Assembly (NCBI GenBank): GCA_964402565.1
Contig: CAYOCJ010000002.1
Span: 234,982 to 298,981 of the forward strand
Direction of reading: 5' to 3'
DNA: 64,000 nt
From: an uncultured Gammaproteobacteria bacterium
Lineage (GTDB): Bacteria > Patescibacteriota > Patescibacteriia > UBA1558 > 2-01-FULL-52-15
The position numbers were made by a program, and so were the translations under genes. The notes below the pieces were generated by a model. The model was given only the letters and a program-made list of their open reading frames with translations. It did not search any database and was not told the DNA's origin. Positions 47,322 to 58,103 of this stretch are shown here, in pieces (position 1 is the first letter of the stretch; the number at the start of each line of letters is the position of its first letter).

Positions 47322-48263
47322 CTAACGCGAGCGCTCCACTATTTGCTTGATGCCTTTTTTCAGACCGTTGGCTGATTTTTTGAGCAGCCGTTGTTCATTG
47401 GTGCTCAGGTTTAGTTTGAGCTGTTCATGAATGCCGCCGCGGCCGACAATGCACGGCACGCTTAAGGAAACATTCGAGATGCCGTAGTATCCTTTCAGCA
47501 TATGCGATACCGGCAGTACGGACCGGTCGTCGCCGATAATGGATTTTACGATCGCTTTGATGCCCGCGCCGATGGCATAATAGGTAGCCTGTTTGCCGGC
47601 GATGATGGTGTAGGCTGCATTTTTTGCTTTCTTAAACAGCGAGTCCATGGCCTTTTTGCTATAGCCAGGGAATTCTTGTATGAGTACATTGCCGATAGTC
47701 GCGCTGCTCCATAATGGAAACTCTGAATCGCCGTGTTCTCCGATAATATAGGCATGGATGCTTTGCGGATTAACCTTGAAATGTTCGCCAAGCAAATATC
47801 GTAAACGAGCTGAATCAAGAACGGTTCCAGAACCAAAGATTTGCTTTTCTTTATTCGGGAACATCCGGATCGCCTGGTAGGTGAGTACATCAACCGGGTT
47901 CGTAACCATGAGAACGATAGCGTGCGGATTCGCTTTGAAGATTTGAGGTACTACATCGGCAATGATTTGTGAGTTTTGCTTGATCAGATCGAGCCGGGTT
48001 TCTCCGGGTTTCTGATTTGCGCCGCAGGTGACCACAACAACGCTACAATCGCTGACATTTTTGTAGGTTCCGACGGTCACTTTGCAATGTCCCCAAAACG
48101 GCATTGAATGCTGGAGGTCCATCGCTTGCGATCTAGCCAGCTTCTGATTGACATCGATCAATACGATATCATCGACTATATCGCCTGCCATCAAGGCGTA
48201 TGCTGCAGTACTTCCCACGAAGCCTGCGCCAATGATAGCTACCTTGCGTTTATTCATGTGCAT
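47322..48263 (-). CDS. ldh: L-lactate dehydrogenase
   Basis: GAGFVG, QKPGETRLDL, NPVD, GSGTVLDSAR, GEHGDS. Confidence 0.95.
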   Translation of the reverse strand: MHMNKRKVAIIGAGFVGSTAAYALMAGDIVDDIVLIDVNQKLARSQAMDLQHSMPFWGHCKVTVGTYKNVSDCSVVVVTCGANQKPGETRLDLIKQNSQIIADVVPQIFKANPHAIVLMVTNPVDVLTYQAIRMFPNKEKQIFGSGTVLDSARLRYLLGEHFKVNPQSIHAYIIGEHGDSEFPLWSSATIGNVLIQEFPGYSKKAMDSLFKKAKNAAYTIIAGKQATYYAIGAGIKAIVKSIIGDDRSVLPVSHMLKGYYGISNVSLSVPCIVGRGGIHEQLKLNLSTNEQRLLKKSANGLKKGIKQIVERSR

Positions 48264-48336
48264 AGTTTTGCTTTACTCCATTTTAACATAGTCAGGTATT
48301 TTTGCTATACTAAGAGCATCACAATAGCTATATTTT

Positions 48337-51300
48337 ATGGGTGAACCATTAATGCCAGGAGGAGGGGTCCATGATCCAGAGCGAAAGCCTTCCGGCGTTG
48401 ATCCGGATAGAGAATCTCCCGTAAACGATCTGGGGGCAGATGATGCACCTCATCTTACTGTTGAACGCCCGCCCCAGGACTCTGATCACGCAGCTCTGGA
48501 TGATGCGGCAGGAAGTTTAGAGTTGAACGAGTATGAAAATGATTTTTATGCTGGCTTGCCCGCTGAAGGCGGCTTGCCTGACATAGTCGATTTTTTGAGC
48601 TCCTGGAGTCACCCGGTCATCGATGAAACAGGAAAATCCTTTACGTCCCAGGAGATAGCCTCAACTATGCTCGAAATCGAGACCTATTTGAAGGGTAGTC
48701 CCAAGGCGACTCCCGCTGACGAAAATTTGAAAGCATTGCTTGACCGCATTCCCACCTATGGCGCTTTGAAGGCGACAGTATATAATCGTCTAGACTTTGC
48801 ATTACCGATTCCTGATGACGCAGTACTGACAAATCCTGACGCAATGCCAGCTGCCGCAAAGCCCGCAGATGATCCAGCAACCCCTGACACTCCAGCCTCA
48901 CCTGATGCTGGCGCAACTTCTGACACAGCGACTCCTGATGCTCAATCATTGCCCGATGAAGCTTCAAAAACTGGCTCACCTGCAGCACCAGATGCCGCTA
49001 CCGCTGATTCACCTGATGTGCCGCTGGTAGCGCCGACACCGCCAGTTGAAACTCCTCCGGATGCCGCTGAAGGTAAACCAGATGATGCAGGCGAACTGGA
49101 ACCGGAATTAGTTTTTGAGTCGGGTGACTCGCTTGTCGAAGAAAAAATTGGAGAGCGGACTATCATTGGTGCTTTTAATACACGCGAAGGCGGATACAAT
49201 GTAACAAGATACCAAAAGACCGGTAAGCGGGATCATTATGTCTTGAAGGAGGACATGATACGCCAGATGCTCTCAGGCCAGCGGAAAGAAGGTACGTGGA
49301 AATTTGAAAAGAAAGGAGCGCAAGCAGCTGACACAAGACCTGACGAACCAAAGGGTCCGGACGCGCCTGTCGATGCGCCGCCGATAGATGCGCCTGATGG
49401 AAAAGGCGCAGAGCCCAAAACTGACGACGCGCCCAAAGGACCTGAAACACCCGTACCAGTAGAACCAAAAACCCCTGATGCGCCAGGCGATGGTAAGCCG
49501 CCGGCCGGAGATCCGAAGCCTGAGCCTAAATCCGAACCAAAACCTGAACAACGGGATGATATTTTTAAGGAGGAGAACTTGCTCAAAGAGCTGGAGCTTT
49601 TTGGCATAAGCAAAGCCGATATGGAAAAGGTAGAGGGGTATGCAGGCTTGTCACTGGGACAAAAGTGGGTGATGCTTGAGAATTTCAAACAGTCAGCAGT
49701 CGGCCGTATCCATGAGGACTCCGCTCGTTCGCTGCAAATGAAAACGTCGAAAGCAGCTATACCAAAGAGGCTCTGGATGGCAATCGTACAACCATATTTT
49801 CTTTCGAAGGAGCGGAAAGCTCAAGCAAGCGCGATAGAAAAAGGAGGCATAGCGGAGCACGGAGAAACACTCATGGCTCTGGCGCAGGGCATGGCAGAAT
49901 TCGGCCCTGAAGTTGCGATCGTGGATGGCGCTCTAGAGACGCAATTCATAAACACGAAAGAGATAGTAGATTTTGAGAAGATGAGTGATGAAGAGAAAGA
50001 AATTATCTCAGAATATAATCATTCTGCGAATTCCTTTTCAATGACACCCTATGAATGGTCATTATCTACTGCTTCTGGCTCAGAGCGCAGAAAATATGCT
50101 CGGGCTGAAAAGATGTTCATAGAAGCGCGCGATGCTTTGCGGTTAGCCAATGCAGCGCGAGTGGAAGATCAAAAAAAGCCGACCATGGATATTTTTGGAG
50201 CTGACGAACAAGTGCGATTGCAGCAAATGCTGAACCAGCATCAGGATGTGGAGCAGACATTACTCGATATAAAATCTGACCGCAGCTGGAAGCCGGTCTT
50301 GAAAACCATGGCTTCAGCTTCTGGGAAAGGACTGTATTTCGCCGGTGGCTTCGCTGCAAGAAGTGCTGCTGTCGGCCTGCTGGGCACCTTGGGAGCGCCG
50401 GTTATGGCGGCCGGGATTGGCGGCATCAATGGATGGCTAAGGAGCAAAAAAGAGCTGCTCGAACAGGATCGTTTGGCACGAAAAGGCTTGGTGACCAATA
50501 AAGAAACAGCCCGCAACGTGGTGGCCGCGGATAAGGTTATTGAGAAAAAAGCCAAGGAAGGTGAAGAACAGATGAAGGAAATTCCGGTTGGTTTGTCCAA
50601 TAAACTTGATGCATTGATGGCACGCATTGCCCAAGCACCAGACGGCTCGGATGAAAAAAAGAAATTGATGGTTTCTCTGAAAGCGCGCATGGATTATACC
50701 GATACCAAGATCAATAACGGTTTGGTTTCATTCGGCACTGGTGCAGAATCTATTGCGGGTAAATTCTCGCTTGCAGAATCGCTTGCGAAAGCGAACATGG
50801 TCCTTGAGATCGAAAAGCCAAATGCTGAAGTTGTGCAGTCATTGAATACTAGAATTGACCGATACCTGGCACGGGCTGACAAGAAAATAGATCAAAAGCG
50901 CTGGGAGTATACAAAAAAGAATATAAAGAAAGGCGCTTTGTGGGCTGGCATTATTTCGGGCGCTGGTGTCGGCACGAGAGCGATCGCCGAGCACTATCAT
51001 TGGCTCGATGGCGCCACGGCTTGGGCGAAAGACCATATGCCGTTCCGCGGAGGACATGCGCACCCGCATTATGAGGCAACACCGGTTACGCCAGGTTCTG
51101 AACCGTATGTGCCTACAACGCTTGATACCCATGATTACCTGCATGACGCAGAGGTGCTGCACACCCATCCTGAGTGGGAAGGTATTGCGCCGGATGCAGC
51201 GACGCAGGGCGTTGCGAATGACGGAAGTGTTGAAGCTATGGTGCATGAGGCAGTCGCAAAATCAGCTGCAGAGAGTGTTCCAGCTGTCCATGTAGAAATT

Positions 51301-52302
51301 CATGAGGGTGAAGGAATGATCAAAGCATTGACCCGCAGCCTCGAAGAGCAGCATCACCTGGATCATGAGAAAGCGGCCGAGCTTGCAAATCAGCTCTATG
51401 TATCTGATGCTGACAGGATGTACGACTTGGTACATGCCGGAGATACATTCGATATTAACCTGAAGGACGTTCATGATCTGGATTTTTACACCAAGAGCGC
51501 TGCAGAGCTTGCGAAGTCGGCCGATTATGATCCGTCACATTTCGAAAGCGCGAGCGGCATAGAACCTCAGATGGATCTGCCAGATATAGCGCATCACGCT
51601 GAAATACCTGCTGCGACACCAGATCATGCGGTGCATGCGGTTGATCTCAATGCAGCAAAAAATGCACCTCATTTCGCGAACGCTGCTACGGAAAAGTATT
51701 TTTCTGATCACGGAGTCCGCTATGACCAGGAAACAGGTAATTTATTTTTCAATCACGACAATCACATTTTGACGTACCGGATAAAAGATCACCTCGCAGG
51801 CTACGATAATACACTTTCAGTCGATACGGACGGCAATTATCATTTGACTCAGACTGACGGACACTCGACGCGGGTATTTTCTTTTGACAAGGACGGGCAG
51901 ATCCTGCCGTCCGCATCACCGCATGTCGAACAGCCGATAGCGCCAAAGGCGCCGGAAAATTTCAACAATTCATTGGTAGTCGAGGGTAGAGGAGCTGCTA
52001 AATTGCTCGATAGAAAGATGTCTATGAATAAAATGCTCGATTATCTGGAGTCGACGCATCCCGGCCTTCATAAAAAACTCGATGCCATGTCTGCACTTGA
52101 GGCAGCAGGCAGGAAGGGCGCATTTGTGAAGCACCTGGAATCTGCCCTTGGCATCACCAAATCTGAAGCTAGTAAATTGGCTAAACCGATCCGGTTCATT
52201 TTCGAACACGCTGAAAAAGGTTTTAAAGCCGGAGGCGAACCGCTTGAGTCTGATGATACGATCGGAGCAACATTGGACCGCCTCAAACTGGAAGTAAAAT
52301 AG
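48337..52302 (+). CDS. Large (1321 aa) hypothetical protein with Pro/Asp/Ala-rich tracts, Gly-rich hydrophobic helices and a His-rich C-terminus
   Basis: Uninterrupted 4-kb ORF with PDA/PEPK low-complexity tracts, followed by a terminator. Confidence 0.85.
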   Translation: MGEPLMPGGGVHDPERKPSGVDPDRESPVNDLGADDAPHLTVERPPQDSDHAALDDAAGSLELNEYENDFYAGLPAEGGLPDIVDFLSSWSHPVIDETGKSFTSQEIASTMLEIETYLKGSPKATPADENLKALLDRIPTYGALKATVYNRLDFALPIPDDAVLTNPDAMPAAAKPADDPATPDTPASPDAGATSDTATPDAQSLPDEASKTGSPAAPDAATADSPDVPLVAPTPPVETPPDAAEGKPDDAGELEPELVFESGDSLVEEKIGERTIIGAFNTREGGYNVTRYQKTGKRDHYVLKEDMIRQMLSGQRKEGTWKFEKKGAQAADTRPDEPKGPDAPVDAPPIDAPDGKGAEPKTDDAPKGPETPVPVEPKTPDAPGDGKPPAGDPKPEPKSEPKPEQRDDIFKEENLLKELELFGISKADMEKVEGYAGLSLGQKWVMLENFKQSAVGRIHEDSARSLQMKTSKAAIPKRLWMAIVQPYFLSKERKAQASAIEKGGIAEHGETLMALAQGMAEFGPEVAIVDGALETQFINTKEIVDFEKMSDEEKEIISEYNHSANSFSMTPYEWSLSTASGSERRKYARAEKMFIEARDALRLANAARVEDQKKPTMDIFGADEQVRLQQMLNQHQDVEQTLLDIKSDRSWKPVLKTMASASGKGLYFAGGFAARSAAVGLLGTLGAPVMAAGIGGINGWLRSKKELLEQDRLARKGLVTNKETARNVVAADKVIEKKAKEGEEQMKEIPVGLSNKLDALMARIAQAPDGSDEKKKLMVSLKARMDYTDTKINNGLVSFGTGAESIAGKFSLAESLAKANMVLEIEKPNAEVVQSLNTRIDRYLARADKKIDQKRWEYTKKNIKKGALWAGIISGAGVGTRAIAEHYHWLDGATAWAKDHMPFRGGHAHPHYEATPVTPGSEPYVPTTLDTHDYLHDAEVLHTHPEWEGIAPDAATQGVANDGSVEAMVHEAVAKSAAESVPAVHVEIHEGEGMIKALTRSLEEQHHLDHEKAAELANQLYVSDADRMYDLVHAGDTFDINLKDVHDLDFYTKSAAELAKSADYDPSHFESASGIEPQMDLPDIAHHAEIPAATPDHAVHAVDLNAAKNAPHFANAATEKYFSDHGVRYDQETGNLFFNHDNHILTYRIKDHLAGYDNTLSVDTDGNYHLTQTDGHSTRVFSFDKDGQILPSASPHVEQPIAPKAPENFNNSLVVEGRGAAKLLDRKMSMNKMLDYLESTHPGLHKKLDAMSALEAAGRKGAFVKHLESALGITKSEASKLAKPIRFIFEHAEKGFKAGGEPLESDDTIGATLDRLKLEVK

Positions 52303-52316
52303 AACGTTCGCACATA

Positions 52317-52351
52317 AAACACCGCCGGCCCCGAATGGGGCCGGCGGTTTC
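52317..52351. terminator. Bidirectional terminator
   Basis: ACCGCCGGCCCC-GAAT-GGGGCCGGCGGT. Confidence 0.75.
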
Positions 52352-52367
52352 TGCATACAGCAGCATG

Positions 52368-53354
52368 TTAATCCAGTCCTACAAGTTCGCGCACCGCTTT
52401 CATATTCTTCTGAGCAATGGAGCGGGCACGTTTCGCTCCGTCTGCTAATATTTTTTCAACCTCAGCAGGATGTTTTTCGTAATATGCTTGCTTTTCTTGT
52501 ATCGGCTCGAGGAATTTAATAATGCTGTCTGCAAGCTCTTTTTTCAAAACAGCGTATGAAAGTTTTTTGAGCTTATACTGTTCCTGGTACTGCTCAAACA
52601 CTCCCTCTGGCCCGAAATGCTTATACAGCGTGAGCAGATTATGACCGCCGCCAAGTGTGGACTCATCATTCAGTGAATCAGTCACCGCTTTTGAGATCTT
52701 CTTTGTTACTACTTCGGGCTTATCACGCAAGGCAATGTAGCTTGATGGCCCCAATGACTTGCTCATTTTTTTCATCGGGTCATTCAAGGACATGACTCGA
52801 ATATCCTCGGAGAGTATCGGCTCTACTTCCGGAAAGAAATTGCCGAAGCGATTATTGAACTTGCGGGCGATGATGCGCGCCAGCTCAAGATGCTGCAATT
52901 GATCTTCGCCAATAGGCACGTATTGTCCGCGGTACAGAAGTATGTCGGCCGTTTGCAAGACCGGGTAGGTGAGTAAACCGGCATTCGCGGGTTTTTTCTG
53001 GAAACCCACCAGATCTTTGTACTGGGTCATGCGGGTAAGTTCGCTGACCGGGGTGACGCAATCAAAAATCCATGCAAGTTCGGTATGCTCAGGGACATCG
53101 GACTGTCTGAAGAGAAGAGATTTTTTTGGATCAATGCCGACAGACAGCATATCAACCGCCATCTTGAACGTATTGGCCCGAAGTTCCTCGGGGTCTATAT
53201 CAATCGTCAACGCATGATAATTTACCAGGAAGTAAATAGTCTCATACTGTCCCTGTAGGTCCACACAATTTTTCATCATGCCTAAATAATTCCCGAGATG
53301 GGCTTCACCGGTTGGCTTGATGCCTGATACGAGGATTTTTTTCATATAGGCCAT
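52368..53354 (-). CDS. trpS: Tryptophan--tRNA ligase
   Basis: SGIKPTG..HLGNYLG, YPVLQTADIL, GEDQLQHLE, KMSKS. Confidence 0.98.
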   Translation of the reverse strand: MAYMKKILVSGIKPTGEAHLGNYLGMMKNCVDLQGQYETIYFLVNYHALTIDIDPEELRANTFKMAVDMLSVGIDPKKSLLFRQSDVPEHTELAWIFDCVTPVSELTRMTQYKDLVGFQKKPANAGLLTYPVLQTADILLYRGQYVPIGEDQLQHLELARIIARKFNNRFGNFFPEVEPILSEDIRVMSLNDPMKKMSKSLGPSSYIALRDKPEVVTKKISKAVTDSLNDESTLGGGHNLLTLYKHFGPEGVFEQYQEQYKLKKLSYAVLKKELADSIIKFLEPIQEKQAYYEKHPAEVEKILADGAKRARSIAQKNMKAVRELVGLD

Positions 53355-53462
53355 TGTAGCAGATTTGACTCGGCATTGACCAGCGCCTTGCCATATGTTA
53401 AGCTATTTTTCACTTAGTTTCGTACATTCGAGTTCTATAAACACTTTCACAAGGAGAGCCTC

Positions 53463-53756
53463 ATGGACTTACCGGTACGAAGAGGAAAAGCGGCTATGAA
53501 AATTCGATTCTTCAACCACGTCGAGATTCGTAGCGCTACCGCAGGTGTCGTTTCGTACAATGTGTACTGCGTCGAACACGAAGACCATCTCGGCATCAAG
53601 GTCCATATCAAGCTTTCCGGAGACGGTCATTCCGAAATCATCGGGCCGTGCGATAAGACCTGTCAGGAAGTTGAAGAACAATTTCGATCAGGAGGCGCTT
53701 TCAGCAAGGTAGTGAGCTTTCTGAACGCGTACAAAGCTGCGGGTACGACATCATAA
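53463..53756 (+). CDS. Hypothetical protein (standalone cassette)
   Basis: SD AAGGAG; hairpin AAACCCGCGCT...AGCGCGGGTTT downstream. Confidence 0.6.
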   Translation: MDLPVRRGKAAMKIRFFNHVEIRSATAGVVSYNVYCVEHEDHLGIKVHIKLSGDGHSEIIGPCDKTCQEVEEQFRSGGAFSKVVSFLNAYKAAGTTS

Positions 53757-53826
53757 CTTGCAATTTTCGTGAGAAACCCGCGCTCAGTAATTCGCTAGAA
53801 GCGAGTGAAAAGCGCGGGTTTTGTTT

Positions 53827-55620
53827 TTACACTTCGATGATAACCGGCAATATCATCGGCCGCCGTTCAGTCTTGAGATAGATGAATTGTCCTAGATCAT
53901 TACGTATCTTATCTTTCAGATAACTGTCATTCACTTCATTGGAAGGCTTATTGTGTCCCGTAATGATCGATTTAATTTTCGCGCGTATCATCTCAACGAG
54001 TTTTTTATTCTCGCGCATATAGATGAAGCCGCGTGAGATGATATCAGGGGAGTTGATGAGTTTGCCGCTTCTGCCGTTCACGGTAGCTATCACAACGATC
54101 ATGCCGTCTTCTGCCATCATTTGGCGATCGCGAAGCACGACCTGTGATACATCGCCGACGCCAAGACCGTCAACGAAGACGTGATCGGTAGGCACCTTGT
54201 GTTTGGTCAGGAAGCCGCCGCGCGAACTGAATTCCAGTATCTGGCCATTGTCAGCGATGAAAATATTTTTCTCAGGAACGCCCGCGCGCATAGCGATTTT
54301 CGCATGAAGTTTCAGGAATGAGTGATGGCCGTGGATAGGCATGAAGTACTTTGGCTTCACCATGGTGATCATGTCGTAGAGGTCTTCTGCCTTTGCGTGT
54401 CCGCCGGCATGCACGTCCATCATCTGGTAGTGGATGACTTCAGCGCCCAGCCTATACAGCTGGTCTTTCAGCTTTTGTACTGAACGTTCATTTCCAGGAA
54501 CCACTGACGATGAGAAAACGACCGTATCGCCCTTTTCGATCGATATCGTTTGATGCTCTTTATTTGCAATACGCATGAGTACAGCGCGGTCTTCGCCCTG
54601 AGCGCCGGTACACATGATGACAATCTTATTGCTGGGGTAATCAGCCATTTCTTTATTGCTGATGATGGTGCCGCGCTTCATCTTCATGTAGCCCAGAGCT
54701 TGGGCGAGTTCTACATTGCGTTTCATGCTGTATCCTTCGATAACCACCTTTTTGTTCAGCTTTTCAGCGGCCCAGATGATCTGCTGGATGCGCGCGATCA
54801 GTGAAGAGAATGTTCCTACGATGACTCTGCCTGGCGCATCAGCGAGGATCTGGTCGATGTTCGTCTGAATTTCTCCTTCGGTCAGCTGTCTGCCGGGGCT
54901 TTTTGCATCCGTAGAGTCTTGCATGAGGATCAATACTGATCCGTCGCCAAGTTTTTTTATTTTCTCGATCTCAGCCGGCCGGTCGCCTGAATAATTCGGA
55001 TCCAGTTTGAAGTCGCCGGTATGCACGACTTTGCCGAACGGCGTTTCAATGACCACGCCCATGGAGTCAGGGATATTGTGGCTCACGCCGAAAAAAGTAA
55101 CGCGGAGGTTGCCGAGTTTCAATACGGTGTCGCGGTCGATGGCTTTCAAATTCAGCGGCGCTGTTTTGAAATCTTCCTGGCGTTTCGCGATGATCCCTAA
55201 GGTCAGCGGCAGTCCATAGATGGTCGGATTGCCGAGGCGGGGGATCAAATGCGGGATGCCGCCGATATGATCGTAGTGACCATGCGTAATGATAACGCCG
55301 CGGATATTTTTTTCTTTGCCTTTGAGGTATTCGATGTTAGGGATGATATAGTCAATGCCGTGCATGTCCTCTTCAGGCCACTGGAGGCCCATATCGACAA
55401 TGATAATATCATGGCCGTATTCGATAAGGGTCATGTTGCGGCCAATTTCTTCAACGCCGCCTAAGGGAATGATGCGGACGACGCCGTCATTCTGTAAGGA
55501 TCGCGGACTGCGATCAATGATGATGTCATCAGGATGGGGTTTTCTGATTGGCATTCTGTGTCTGCCGAGCGGCCGTGGTCCTCGTGAGGAGCGGCGCTGG
55601 GGCTTTCGTGTTTGTACCAT
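53827..55620 (-). CDS. rnj: Ribonuclease J
   Basis: PLGGVEEIGRNM, THGHYDHIGG, HTGDFK, HAGGHA, RRPMILPVIIEV. Confidence 0.97.
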   Translation of the reverse strand: MVQTRKPQRRSSRGPRPLGRHRMPIRKPHPDDIIIDRSPRSLQNDGVVRIIPLGGVEEIGRNMTLIEYGHDIIIVDMGLQWPEEDMHGIDYIIPNIEYLKGKEKNIRGVIITHGHYDHIGGIPHLIPRLGNPTIYGLPLTLGIIAKRQEDFKTAPLNLKAIDRDTVLKLGNLRVTFFGVSHNIPDSMGVVIETPFGKVVHTGDFKLDPNYSGDRPAEIEKIKKLGDGSVLILMQDSTDAKSPGRQLTEGEIQTNIDQILADAPGRVIVGTFSSLIARIQQIIWAAEKLNKKVVIEGYSMKRNVELAQALGYMKMKRGTIISNKEMADYPSNKIVIMCTGAQGEDRAVLMRIANKEHQTISIEKGDTVVFSSSVVPGNERSVQKLKDQLYRLGAEVIHYQMMDVHAGGHAKAEDLYDMITMVKPKYFMPIHGHHSFLKLHAKIAMRAGVPEKNIFIADNGQILEFSSRGGFLTKHKVPTDHVFVDGLGVGDVSQVVLRDRQMMAEDGMIVVIATVNGRSGKLINSPDIISRGFIYMRENKKLVEMIRAKIKSIITGHNKPSNEVNDSYLKDKIRNDLGQFIYLKTERRPMILPVIIEV

Positions 55621-55650
55621 ACGGTATCTTTCTTAATGATTTTCTGGCGA

Positions 55651-57435
55651 TTATTTGAATCGCCGTGTCGTCGCAACGTACCAATGGGTGATGCCGTTGA
55701 AACGATCTGAGGGTGTTGCGATATGCTTCAGTTCATCTGCACCCCGGACATTTTTACCGAGAGGGTAAAGATAGGTCGGGTTATAGAGGAAGATCGCAAA
55801 CGCCTCGCTAGTTAATTTAGTTTCGAACTTTTGATAGAGTACTGCCTGGGATGCCGGGTCATTCGTATTGCGCAATTGCTCTAATGCTGAATCGATGTCC
55901 TTATTGCCGAGGAGCGACAGGTTATTGCCTGGGTTCCGGTATTGGCTCGAGTGCCAGAATGCATAGGCATCCTGATTCGAAACAAGGATCTGAGCAAAGA
56001 GAAGCACTTGATAGTCTCTCGGCTCGATGCGTTCCTTCTTAATTTTTGTTTTGTCTACAATCTGGAGATCAACCTTGATGCCGAGGGATTCCCAATTCTC
56101 TTTGATGATGTTCGCGGTCGTTGCATTTTCTTGCTGGTCGCTGGCGGTCAATGCAATAGACAGCTCGGTCTTGTCTTTGGTGCGGATCTTCGTGTCTTCG
56201 CTTCGCTTCCACCCAGCGTCATCGAGGATCTTATTCGCAGTATCTGGATTGAAATTATAATCAACGCGGCCGGTATTGGCGGTATCATTATTTAAAATAA
56301 GTGGCGTATTGATCACATTGCCGCTGCCTCCGATGGCTTCTTTCAGAATTTTGTCGCGATCGATGGCATAGGCGAGCGCTTTGCGGATGGCAGAGTCTTT
56401 CAGCTGAGGATTCTTTTCAGGATTGAAGAAGAGCGCATTATATTGCGGGATGACCAGATCTTTCAATTGTAATGAACGGATTTTTTCAAGATCATCTTTA
56501 TACTCTAGCGGAGCGGATCCTAAGCCATCGACGTTTTTATTTTTCAGCGCATCCAAGGCGGTATCGAAGTCAGGATAGAATTTGAAAGCAAGTTCTTGTA
56601 TATTTGCCGGCGTATCATGATAGTTCACATTGCGCTCCAGCGTAATGCTGCGAATGCCGCCCGCAGTATCCTTCGTTATACTTTTGAATTGATACGGCCC
56701 AGAACCAACGGGTTTTATGTTCGCTTCTGCAAGGCTTGCCTGAGCCGGAGGAATGGAATACCAGAGGTGCTGCGGTATAATGCCGACGGTCAATGCTTCC
56801 AGAAATGAAGGGAACGGCTGTGCGAGAACGAATGAAACAGTTTTATCATCGATGCGCTTCACATCTACGCCGGTGAAGCTGACGCGCAAAGGGCTTTTGA
56901 AAGCCGCGTTCTGTATCGAATCGATCGTGTACACGACGTCGTCTACCGTGAGCGGCTCATTATCATGCCAGGTCAGATTATCGCGCAGGATGAACGTATA
57001 CACTTTTTGATCCTGGCTGATCGTATACTCTTTTGCCAAGTCAGGAACAAGCTGACCTTCGCTATTGGTGCGCATCAAACCGGAGAAGACCAGAGAACTG
57101 AGGTCGCGATCTACATGATTCCCCGGGGCAAGCAAAGGATTAATGAAACGAGGAGTGCCGACCAGGCCTTCAGTATAGGTTCCGCCTATCGCCGGGATCG
57201 GCACCGTGATCTGGAACCATAAGTGAACGAGCAATACAATGAAAGCAATGCATGCGATCGCTACATTTAATCCAACGATCTTTTTTTGTCGCGGATCCAA
57301 CAAACGCGGGAGGTAACGGACTTGTGCAAGTGTTGGCAGTTTTCGCGATTGCAAGCGCTGGAGCAATTGCAGATCTAACGTTTCGTGCGTGGTGAGAAGG
57401 GGGTTTTTGTTTTCACGCTTCCTCTGCCAAAACAA
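55651..57435 (-). CDS. Membrane-anchored peptide ABC transporter substrate-binding protein (SBP family 5)
   Basis: GGTYTEGLVG, LVPDLA, WHDNEPLTVDDVVYT, PVGSGPY, RKALAYAIDR; exact start uncertain. Confidence 0.9.
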   Translation of the reverse strand: MFWQRKRENKNPLLTTHETLDLQLLQRLQSRKLPTLAQVRYLPRLLDPRQKKIVGLNVAIACIAFIVLLVHLWFQITVPIPAIGGTYTEGLVGTPRFINPLLAPGNHVDRDLSSLVFSGLMRTNSEGQLVPDLAKEYTISQDQKVYTFILRDNLTWHDNEPLTVDDVVYTIDSIQNAAFKSPLRVSFTGVDVKRIDDKTVSFVLAQPFPSFLEALTVGIIPQHLWYSIPPAQASLAEANIKPVGSGPYQFKSITKDTAGGIRSITLERNVNYHDTPANIQELAFKFYPDFDTALDALKNKNVDGLGSAPLEYKDDLEKIRSLQLKDLVIPQYNALFFNPEKNPQLKDSAIRKALAYAIDRDKILKEAIGGSGNVINTPLILNNDTANTGRVDYNFNPDTANKILDDAGWKRSEDTKIRTKDKTELSIALTASDQQENATTANIIKENWESLGIKVDLQIVDKTKIKKERIEPRDYQVLLFAQILVSNQDAYAFWHSSQYRNPGNNLSLLGNKDIDSALEQLRNTNDPASQAVLYQKFETKLTSEAFAIFLYNPTYLYPLGKNVRGADELKHIATPSDRFNGITHWYVATTRRFK

Positions 57436-57497
57436 AAGAAGCTTTTTGGCCTTTGACCAAACCCCGGACAGGAATCGGATAGGGTTTTTGTAAATGA

Positions 57498-57716
57498 TTA
57501 ACTAACAAAAAGATGAGCAAATGAGATCGCGAGAAACAGTACTGCCAGGACGATGGTCGCACGGAAGATGATCTTCTCGGCGCCGCGTTTGGTTCGGTAT
57601 ATGGTTGAGCTGCCGCCGAATGCCATGCCTAAGCCTGAGCCTTTCTGTTGGACTAGGATAAGCGTAATTAACAATACAGCAACTACAATCTGTAGAATAT
57701 AAATCGTTGTTTTCAT
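57498..57716 (-). CDS. secG: Preprotein translocase subunit SecG
   Basis: LILVQQKGSGLGMAFGG...KRGAEK between two TMs. Confidence 0.95.
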   Translation of the reverse strand: MKTTIYILQIVVAVLLITLILVQQKGSGLGMAFGGSSTIYRTKRGAEKIIFRATIVLAVLFLAISFAHLFVS

Positions 57717-57863
57717 AGAAAACTTACAATGGAACTATAGTAGCAGAAAAAATCTTTTCTGTCAATAAATGTTTGAAAGCCACCGCGTGCGCGATGGCTT
57801 TCTGTGGGGCTGAAGTGATTCCAGAAGCTAAGATCCTCGCCGTTTACGCGGGCGTCCGATCGG

Positions 57864-58103
57864 ATGTCGCTCGATCTCTTCGCCGAGTTGAGCGTAGTAT
57901 GCATCTTCGGCGGCTTCGTTCACCTCTTCTCTGGTCGGGCCGTAGCGCTGGCGGATCTCTTCTGGAGTCAGTCTCCGAAGGTTTTCAGGTGTCAGTCCCA
58001 TGGATCCCTCCTCATTGGTTTAACGAACCTGGTCTTATTGTATGGCCTAAGTTTGCAGACAGCAAGTTACTTTTTCCAGTTTTTCTTATGTGTCAATCGA
58101 TAG
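57864..58103 (+). CDS. Possible small membrane protein
   Basis: 79-aa hydrophobic ORF whose 3' end overlaps the uvrC end. Confidence 0.35.
   Translation: MSLDLFAELSVVCIFGGFVHLFSGRAVALADLFWSQSPKVFRCQSHGSLLIGLTNLVLLYGLSLQTASYFFQFFLCVNR

Noticed and set aside
48800-49560. Repetitive-looking DNA as a possible CRISPR or tandem array
   Set aside because: Degenerate Pro/Asp/Ala codon repeats inside a continuous ORF; no constant repeat-spacer period and no cas genes.
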